Source: Nemertoderma westbladi
Taxonomy: Eukaryota > Animalia > Xenacoelomorpha
Reading direction: 5' to 3'
Length of the DNA: 64,000 nt
Assembly: GCA_032718475.1 (NCBI GenBank)
Contig: JAUCBJ010008868.1
Coordinates: forward strand, 23,248 to 87,247
How positions within the stretch are numbered: position 1 is the stretch's first letter; the number at the start of each line of letters is the position of its first letter. Made by a program: the position numbers and the translations under genes. Positions 56,567 to 64,000 of the stretch are shown in pieces. Below the pieces are notes generated by a model. It searched no databases. It worked only from the letters and a program-made list of their open reading frames with translations, and had not been told where the DNA came from.

Positions 56567-57743
56567 CATACCTAAAGAGGTGAGGTCTCTATAAGGGTGT
56601 GGTCAACAGGCGGCGGCGGACTCGTGAGGGTCTGGAGGCACGTTAAAGTACCACGTAAGTGCAAGGGAGATACTTAAGGCCCTTGTGTCTAACGAACCAT
56701 GAATCGACATGGTGCCGTGATCCGTCTAGTCGGCCTGTTGCCGTATTGCCAGTCCTGTACACAGTAGGGGTGGTGGCATGGTGTGATTTGTGGTTCATGT
56801 GGCGTGAACTATGTTTTGTATGTGGGCGATCAGTGGCAGTTTGCTTGGGGCTTGGATGGGTTCTTTTGGCCATCAGCTGTTCCGTTTTTTTGATACTATA
56901 TGTTATTGTCTCCATGTTCAGCTGATTGGTCTTTGGGATTTGTTCGGGTCTTTAAGCTTTCTGTTGCTGTGGGTACGTGAGTACACGTGATTGTATGTGT
57001 GGCCACTGCGAGTGAGTATGGGAACCCTTGCCAGTTGGACCAGACGCCGCTGGTATTAGTAGGACCATATCTCTACTGCGCCCCAGCATACTTTGTGCAC
57101 ACAAAGTTATTTTGCCCTGACGGCAAAATAAGGTACTCTCGACTCTTTATGAGTTGATACAATTTTGTCCCCTCTGATTTGACCCCGATTTTGTCTTTCA
57201 TGATTATGTCTTCTGTGTGTGCATGGTATGTGTTCGATTTTGTGCTTACCATTGTGTACTTGATTTTGTGAACATCTGTTGAGTACACGTGTACAGTAAA
57301 CTGGTAAGTGGTTACTTGTTCAGTAGCTTTTGAGCTACAGACAGTATTGTCTTTTCAATATTGCCGGCGAGGCAGGTGAAAACGAGTCAAAATTCCATGT
57401 TGGGTAGCGCAAGCCCACGTGGGACAAGACCGTCGGTTAGGCCCAAGGGCGACCTTGGTGCTCGATCGCTATCGACTGGTCCACCTGCCGGTTGACTCTT
57501 TGTTATACTTTTGAGTTGGCTCAATGTACAGTCAGGCCACAGTAAGTTGACAGTAGCCGCCCATCTGGCTACACGTTCGACGAGCTGTGCCGGTGTGATC
57601 GGGGGACCGAAAACAGAACCCGGGAAGCATCGGGCCACCCTCCGGCCCGGTCTGATAATAACATCAGTCAGACTGGCCCCAGGGGTGGTGGAAACACGTC
57701 CGCCTCGTGGGTGCGCCTCCAGGAGGAGCCCATAAGGACGAAA
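56567..57743. mobile_element. ~1.18 kb non-coding insertion of unknown type in the integrase C-terminus
   Basis: Interrupts LRRGD|AVLLAE. No long ORF and no obvious TSD or terminal repeats. GC-rich ends are reminiscent of LINE 5' UTRs (inference). Confidence 0.7.
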
Positions 57744-58451
57744 GCGGTTTTATTGGCTGAAGCTAATCTGAAAAGACGGTTTTGGCTGACTGGAGTCATT
57801 TTGACCACGCACCATACATCTGGTGTAGTGAGGACTGTTACTGTAAGGACTATCGACGGACGTACCGTAGACAGACCTGTACAACGTCTCGTGCTCCTTG
57901 AGGAGACTAGAAACGAGACAGGAGACTACAAATCTCTACCCAATATTGGTAAATAGATGTGGGACCTTGATTGGCCGCCACATAGACCTACTGTATTTTA
58001 GTTATTTGTATTTGTATTACTGTACGTGCATTTGTAATCCTCTTCACTGTAGATAGAGACAGCGGTGGAATTCCATTGTCTTTATACGTGAACATGGAGG
58101 GTAGTACCCTTATGTATCACATAGGTGCGGGATTGTGTGTACAGTAGGAATGGAATTCCACTTGGAACCCACAAGTGAGACAATTTTTCAAAAATTATTA
58201 GACAAATCCATTTATTTGGATTTAAATTTGAGAAAAACGATTCTCCAGTGAAAGCAAATTCTAGAATACAGCTAGATAAAAATTAAAATTAGGGAGGACA
58301 AGAGCGGATGGAAGGCTTGCGAGCCTACCGATAAATTTTTTTTGGAAAAAGAAAATCGGCCTTGTTCTACGTAGTCGTGTCTACTATTATTTAGACCAAT
58401 TAATTCTCGACTGCACTATTTTTCTTGGGAAATGTAGCATGGGAAATTAAA

Positions 58452-58653
58452 AGGTGAGTATTTTAGACTCGCGGCTAGTTTACCCGGAATTCGTTTTTTA
58501 TCGGCACATTTTTTGGATTAGGAGCCAGTGCGAAATCACGCGAACCCGAAATCATTAGGCAAATGGGTTGGGGTTTAGAGCAGAGTTGAGCCAAAAGCCG
58601 ACAAACTCTAAGTCACCACCTCACATCTAACCTCTATTTTGTGCTTCATCTAG
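58452..58653 (+). promoter_or_regulatory. Candidate splice signals upstream of the accessory ORF
   Basis: Donor AG|GTGAGT at 58452-58459. Branch point CTAAC at 58627-58631, pyrimidine tract, and TAG acceptor at 58651-58653, 42 nt before the ATG. Confidence 0.5.
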
Positions 58654-58695
58654 TAGAAACGTAATGATATGTAACCACATATATATTCGTATACG

Positions 58696-61600
58696 ATGGA
58701 GAAGATGTATAAAGAGTTACGTCAAGGGTTTACGCAAGAACAAGAGCACCAGGCGCCATTCAATCGTTATGGAGCTAAAAACTTTAGTGTGTTTGGAGTG
58801 GAGAGTATGGCTAGGAGTACGGCCAAGCTCGCTAAATCCAAGGTGGACCCGAATGTTACGCGACAGCGGTTGGACGCATACAACAAAAGAACGGAGGAAT
58901 TACGCGCGGAGTTCAATGCGTTATATCCCTACGATGCGTTATGCGACGCTAGCGACATTTGCGAGGATCCAGACACCGAAATACGCCGATTGTATCATAC
59001 GCTGCAATATTTGACGGTAAACGAACCCTTACCTGCAGCTAGAGACGAATTTGAAGGAATGCATCTTTATAGACGCGCTCGAGGAGCGGATCCAGAGACC
59101 AAGGACGCGTTCTCCATATACAAACTGTTTTATAAATGTGGAGCGTGTATGCGCGAGCAAGACAACGCGATTCCTATGCAGTTGAACTCGGAGAACCCCG
59201 AGCCGATATTAGCGCGATGTTCACACCACCAAAGTCTATGTTACCAAGAAGGCGGATACCCTTTGACAAATCCGTATCATACGTTTAAAATGAGTGGACT
59301 GAACGCGGGTGAGATCGTTATTTACGAACCCAAATTAGTCGAACCAGACGTCTACAGCATGGTAGTGGACGAGTCTAATAAGTCGACACAGGAGAAACGG
59401 GAAGCTTTGAGCCTCTACAGGGCGTACAAGGCGTACGAGAAAGGCAAGATCGAGGAGTTCGGCGGAAGGCTCGCGAGCCTACCATTCTATTGGATATCCC
59501 ATGATCAAACCGAACCCAAGGAGATGACACCAGAGCTCTTCGATAGTATCACCTTTGCTCAGCGTTTGTCGCAGAGACTACAGATACCTCATGTCGAGAT
59601 GACGCGAGAACCTCAGCCCCATTCTACTGGAGCGATAGTACCGGTTGCGAGACCAACTAGTTTTCCTATTAGTATACCGACCCGGAAGGAGACAACTTAC
59701 GAGATCCCTATAGTTGAACACCCGGAGATCATCTCGAACCTGGATTTCCTCCCATCGGTTACCTTCGGTGATGTGTTAGAGTCAGCTGAGTTGCGTAAAG
59801 TAATAGTTCAAAAAATCGTACGCAATGTGCCTCCACATATTACGGACTTTAAGGAAGTGGATCGCGCGGGGACGGATATCGCACCTTGTATCTTGCGAGG
59901 ATACCTGACGAAGTCGATTCGATTATGGATCGGAGTTGGAACGTTTGAGACCGACACCGATATCGCGACCAATTGGACCGGTAAACCTATTAGTTTCGAT
60001 GATGAAAAGTCGATTGGGAGAATTTGGAACCCTACCGACGATTTACTCGACGATTGGGACGTGACTAGCCGATCTCTAAAAGAGAATGGTTATATGTTTT
60101 ACGATAATGAAGGAGGAAGCCATCAGCAAAGCCTCACTTCAAAGACTATACAGATTAGAGCACCCGATGGCGTGTTACATGTCTTCAGCCGACAGAGGAG
60201 TGATAGGAAGATGCCTATGCCGGAAGGAACGACGCAAAGACACGCGATGATAAAACGGATAGTTAAATCCATGGACCTGGCTTGTAGCATAGAAGCTAGG
60301 ATGTTGCCAAAGGCCGTGCGAGACGTTGTGTTGGATAAGAGCATCGTCAAGATCGGATCCGGTGTACGGGATGACCTTATTAGCGACTTTGCAGGGATGC
60401 CCACGGAAGAGGACCGATTGCCTACGCCATACGTGGATACTAGACCATTGTTGCTTTGGGCTATTGAGCAAGGATATTTTAGGGAGTATAACACGCTAAA
60501 AACTGGGACGGGTTATATCTCATATCTAATGTTCAGTTGGGATTACAAGGAGAGTAAGAGGAACAAATACACGGACGTATACGGAGAGGGAGATACCCCC
60601 GGCGTAAACGAGTTCGAGTCACAGTTGAAGTGGCGAGGTTGCGTGTATTGGGCGATTACTTCACCACCGCGGATAATCTTGCAATACTATTTAGCGATAG
60701 AATCTTCGGTTAACGTTTGTTTCATCGCGGACGTAGTATCCAGAACCCTAAAGCGACACCCGTTATGTCTTGGCGAAGGACATACCTTTTACGATGGAGG
60801 AAGGACGCATACTGATGTATTCCGACGATTTCTCCAACCCTTTTATAACACCGATGCGCACTGCGAAGTTTTCACGCGAGCGGGACTTAGCGTTTTCAGG
60901 GACGTCTATCTCACTCACGCGGGAAGTCTAGTCGACAGACCGTCGATGTTAACGTTAGTACCCTATGACGGGGAACGCCACGCGGAATTCGAACACCCGG
61001 AAGGATCCTGGAAGGCTCGCGAGCCTACCGCCCATCACGACGATGTGGATCCGACCGAGTTGGCGCTAATAGACGAACCGTTACGGCAACTCATAGAGAT
61101 AGAGGAGAACCTTCCGAGGAAGACGCGAACTGAGATACGCAAGTTGGAGAAAAGCGATGCCATGGTTTGTGTACAACCTACGGAGACGAACATACCGACT
61201 GACCCGGATGATGAGAATTATCATGTGGACGGTAGCGCTCGCCCCATCGGAGATCTCATCTATGAGCGAGTTTGGTATCCTGCCAACACTATTTGTGGCA
61301 GATGCGGAGCAACTGGCCATCACGCAAAGAAGTGCGGAGCGAAGCACATATCTCTACCGGATTTAGTATGCAACTGGTGCGGGGATCAGCATTCGCACAC
61401 TTTCTACACTTGCTGGCGTTTCGTGGCGCAGTGTACTTATTGTAATATTAAGGGCCAGAGGGCATCCGAATGTCAACTTAGAGACGTCCCCTATGAGCAC
61501 ATGTCAGTTAAAATCGTTCGACAATTATTCGACCATTGGGAGGACTTAGCAGACGAGCATGTATCGACGCAGCGACGCCGCTTCCCTATGAGAGCACATT

Positions 61601-62448
61601 TGGGATTTTGGGCCGTAAACCCTCTCATAATGTCAAAGGAAGGATATGTATCGGCTATGCCTCAGTATGATGAATTGTTGGAGGTATTGGATATATTGCC
61701 GTTGGACAGTGGATTCAAAGTTGTGCGGGACTATTTCTTACAAGTGCACCCCGACAACAAGAATACTTGGAACTTTCAAACTGTGGTGAACAAGATTACC
61801 GCCGGAGAATTCGATAAACTGCGAGTTGAACAGCGGAATCGAGGAGCCTGGCATTCGATAGCTTGGGCATACCGGAGCGCTTTTTATCACAAACGCGTAA
61901 CCTCGTGCATTCTGGACGAGACCGACGTTTTGCGTGAGACTGGCTTCAAAGCCACGCCGTTAGCAGAGAAGACGCGTCACCCACAGGATGATCAGCAATT
62001 TCGTATACTCAAAGCCCAGAAGGCCGGACAAGAGATTAAGAAGATAGTAAATGTCGCCGAGAGGACGACATCGAAGTCGCAAATCCGGATGACTCGGGGC
62101 ACGGTTTCCCTTGCTAGAGAACCACGCGGAGGGACAGGATACGCTTTGACTGAACCCATTAGGATTCAAACGACGTCAGAGAGTGAGGTGTCAATGGACG
62201 GAACGGTCCTACCCTTTCGACTTCCTCCTAGCGTTGTAGAGACTCGATCCGATGTTAAGCCGACAGTTGGAATCGGACGAGGATTTAGAGGATTGAGCGC
62301 ACGACGGATGTGCGAAACTCCCGTCGTCCCCTTTCCTAGCGTTTTGGAACCACCGACGACTCGACGCCGAAGTCCGAGCCCAGTTCGACCTCGACCACCC
62401 CCCAATCGCACTAGAGGACGTGGACGAGCCCGCTCAGCGAAGGAATAG
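58696..62448 (+). CDS. Accessory ORF of the LTR element: 1250 aa, putative DEDDy 3'-5' exonuclease domain + CCHC zinc knuckles
   Basis: Uninterrupted 3753-bp ORF between integrase and 3' LTR. Motifs YMFYDNEG (ExoI), TIQI, LPKAVRDVVLDKSIVKIGSGVRDDL (ExoII), YVDT and W...QYYLAIE (ExoIII-like). CGRCGATGHHAKKC plus two variant knuckles, and a basic R/P-rich tail. The ORF is certain; the domain call is by motif recognition. Confidence 0.8.
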   Translation: MEKMYKELRQGFTQEQEHQAPFNRYGAKNFSVFGVESMARSTAKLAKSKVDPNVTRQRLDAYNKRTEELRAEFNALYPYDALCDASDICEDPDTEIRRLYHTLQYLTVNEPLPAARDEFEGMHLYRRARGADPETKDAFSIYKLFYKCGACMREQDNAIPMQLNSENPEPILARCSHHQSLCYQEGGYPLTNPYHTFKMSGLNAGEIVIYEPKLVEPDVYSMVVDESNKSTQEKREALSLYRAYKAYEKGKIEEFGGRLASLPFYWISHDQTEPKEMTPELFDSITFAQRLSQRLQIPHVEMTREPQPHSTGAIVPVARPTSFPISIPTRKETTYEIPIVEHPEIISNLDFLPSVTFGDVLESAELRKVIVQKIVRNVPPHITDFKEVDRAGTDIAPCILRGYLTKSIRLWIGVGTFETDTDIATNWTGKPISFDDEKSIGRIWNPTDDLLDDWDVTSRSLKENGYMFYDNEGGSHQQSLTSKTIQIRAPDGVLHVFSRQRSDRKMPMPEGTTQRHAMIKRIVKSMDLACSIEARMLPKAVRDVVLDKSIVKIGSGVRDDLISDFAGMPTEEDRLPTPYVDTRPLLLWAIEQGYFREYNTLKTGTGYISYLMFSWDYKESKRNKYTDVYGEGDTPGVNEFESQLKWRGCVYWAITSPPRIILQYYLAIESSVNVCFIADVVSRTLKRHPLCLGEGHTFYDGGRTHTDVFRRFLQPFYNTDAHCEVFTRAGLSVFRDVYLTHAGSLVDRPSMLTLVPYDGERHAEFEHPEGSWKAREPTAHHDDVDPTELALIDEPLRQLIEIEENLPRKTRTEIRKLEKSDAMVCVQPTETNIPTDPDDENYHVDGSARPIGDLIYERVWYPANTICGRCGATGHHAKKCGAKHISLPDLVCNWCGDQHSHTFYTCWRFVAQCTYCNIKGQRASECQLRDVPYEHMSVKIVRQLFDHWEDLADEHVSTQRRRFPMRAHLGFWAVNPLIMSKEGYVSAMPQYDELLEVLDILPLDSGFKVVRDYFLQVHPDNKNTWNFQTVVNKITAGEFDKLRVEQRNRGAWHSIAWAYRSAFYHKRVTSCILDETDVLRETGFKATPLAEKTRHPQDDQQFRILKAQKAGQEIKKIVNVAERTTSKSQIRMTRGTVSLAREPRGGTGYALTEPIRIQTTSESEVSMDGTVLPFRLPPSVVETRSDVKPTVGIGRGFRGLSARRMCETPVVPFPSVLEPPTTRRRSPSPVRPRPPPNRTRGRGRARSAKE

Positions 62449-62482
62449 AAAGCGAGTGGAAGGAAGGCTTGCGAGCCTACCG

Positions 62483-62561
62483 ATTTGGATATTATATTTG
62501 GATATTATATTTGGATATTATATTTGGATATTATATTTGGATATTTATATTGGACATTATG
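62483..62561. repeat. 13-bp tandem repeat (ATTTGGATATTAT), about 6 copies
   Basis: Directly visible in the 3' UTR between hairpin copies at 62462 and 62598. Confidence 0.85.
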
Positions 62562-63095
62562 TTTGAATGTTGGGTTTGGAGGAGCGAGATATGGAAAGGA
62601 AGGCTTGCGAGCCTACCGTTAACAATTAGTGCTCAGGAGAAGATATCCAGACCAGCAGGACGAACTTTTAAGATCGTCAGGAGGACTCTTTAAGACTTAT
62701 TTGAAAGTTATTAGCGCATTGTGTTTATATTATATTTGAACTGATTTAATTTGGTGAAGGTTTATTATGTATATTTACAATATATAAAGATTTATCGAAA
62801 GAGTTACAATTATTTGTTCGATTTGTTTTGATTTATTTGTTCTGATTTGTTTAATTTGTTTATCTTGATAACCGAAAGCCTTTTTTGTATTTTAGGCACT
62901 AAAGTTAATTAGTAAATTTGTATTTGTATGTACGATCGATTGTATTTACGCCGTATCTGCAATATTAAGTATGCAATAATTAGATAGTGATTATATTTTA
63001 TATTTTAGGCCCTACCAGTAGATTTAGAAGTAGCTTGTAAATATTTTATATTTCGATTGGTGAAAACAGTCTTACTTACTGTTTTCATGGAGCGG

Positions 63096-64000
63096 TGATG
63101 AATTATTTCACTATAAGGTAGCATTTGTAGTTTAACTTTAACGTAAAAACTTTCGAAAATCCGACGCATTTTGATTAAGTTACAGTAATGTAATATGCCT
63201 ATTCATATTTGTACACATAAAACCCTTAGGTACTCTCGTGGCGTAGTGGTCAGATGGTTAAGGCGTTGGTTACATTACAGATAGGTTACGAGTTCGAATC
63301 CCAGTCGGGAAATTTGTATTTTGGGGCCATTTATTTTCATTTGGTGCTAATTGGTGGACCAATGAGAAGCGTACAACATAGCGAAAGATGAGCCAGGCCA
63401 ATCATGGGGCATAAATTATCTTATTGCTCAAATGTGAGGCTATGGAAAATTCTGTTAGGATTCCATGTCCCAGATTAGTGAAAGGGCCGGATTGCGTTGA
63501 ACGATGAGCTGGGCCAATCATAGGGCACAAAGCACTTTATTGCTCAAATGTGAAGCTGTGGAAAATTCTGTTTGGTTTCCATGTGCGATATTTAGTATAA
63601 AAGGCCGGTTTGCCTTCGGTTATCACTTCTTACTGCCTCGTTACCCCTTCTTAGTACGTTATTAATTAAATTGTTATTTAGTTTATTTGGTTTCTTGTTG
63701 AAACTTTGTTTGATAAATCCTTTGTAAAACTGTAAATATACTGCAAATTCCTGAACATGTTTTCTTTTGGTCCAACTTTGGGACAGCCAAACATCGGGAA
63801 GATGGCAGCCTAGACCGTTAGGCCGTCAGCAACGCAGGGAAAAGATGTCCACAACACGCTAGCACCCACATTGGATCGACCGCGCACCCCCTTTGCCCTT
63901 CGAAATACTCCACTTGCCATGCAGCGCCCGCTTCGTGAGAAAGGTAAGACTTTGTTCGACGCCCTTGCCCGCCGTAAGACCTACCGTATAGATCAGGGTA
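63096..64000 (+). repeat. 3' LTR (truncated by window end)
   Basis: Second copy at offset 19477, preceded by a short purine-rich tract GGAGCGG (weak PPT candidate). Confidence 0.9.
63240..63310 (+). promoter_or_regulatory. tRNA-like Pol III internal promoter module within 3' LTR
   Basis: Same module as 43763-43833 with one substitution. Confidence 0.65.

Larger units (their letters stand above)
53800..57956 (+). pseudogene. pol: Integrase of BEL/Pao pol, split by two insertions
   Basis: Removing the LINE and one TSD restores the HHCC finger HVQLKHVGRHHCLSHLRSRFVLIRP|SKALSSVTRNCIICKK. DDE core GIDCFGP / YCDQGINF / GGVWERL. The C-terminus LRRGD|AVLLAE...W..G..VVRTVTV..RPVQRLVLLE resumes after ~57743. 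Confidence 0.92.
47620..62617 (+). repeat. Dispersed 20-nt hairpin motif GGAAGGCTYGYGAGCCTACC, 12 copies
   Basis: Starts at 47620, 48702, 48792, 50891, 50969, 51047, 53759 (variant GGAAGGCCCGTGGGCCTACC), 58310, 59464, 61010, 62462 and 62598. Confidence 0.95.
43619..64000 (+). mobile_element. BEL/Pao-superfamily LTR retrotransposon (runs off window end), >20 kb including nested insertions
   Basis: Direct terminal repeats starting TGATGAATT at 43619 and 63096. Domain order is gag, protease, RT, RNase H, integrase, with BEL-type motifs (YYLPHHFV, KVRVVNDCAA, NPADIASRG, GIDCFGP, GGVWERL, RPVQRLVLL). Confidence 0.95.

Noticed and set aside
46913-62411. Short antisense or alternate-frame ORFs overlapping gag-pol and the accessory ORF
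   Set aside because: Shadow ORFs of the coding strand with no independent evidence.
58696-62448. env gene
   Set aside because: No evident signal peptide or transmembrane anchor; nucleic-acid-related motifs instead.

Overview
Eukaryotic (animal-like), repeat-dominated window with no recognisable host gene. Layout: (1) 1-2130 is AT-rich DNA with small palindromes and a tRNA-derived SINE-like relic. (2) ~2130-39723 is a ~37.6 kb tandem array of a 63/65-bp monomer with nested higher-order duplications. (3) 39724-41852 is an unrelated 42-bp array (~50.7 copies) directly abutting it. (4) 43619 to beyond 64000 is an unusually large BEL/Pao LTR retrotransposon. Its gag-pol is disabled by nonsense codons, frameshifts and two nested insertions: a 5'-truncated RTE-like LINE with a 13-bp TSD, and a 1.18 kb non-coding insert. 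It retains an intact extra 1250-aa ORF that is not env-like and shows DEDDy (WRN/Mut-7/RNase D-type) 3'-5' exonuclease motifs plus CCHC zinc knuckles. Most notable: the element carries 12 same-orientation copies of a 20-nt hairpin, GGAAGGCTYGYGAGCCTACC. They occur in three different codon phases and in non-coding DNA, and one copy has a compensatory base-pair change. Both LTRs also contain a tRNA-like Pol III promoter module. The many repeat ORFs in 2-42 kb are artefacts of monomer lengths divisible by 3. All domain calls are by eye; no database search was run.
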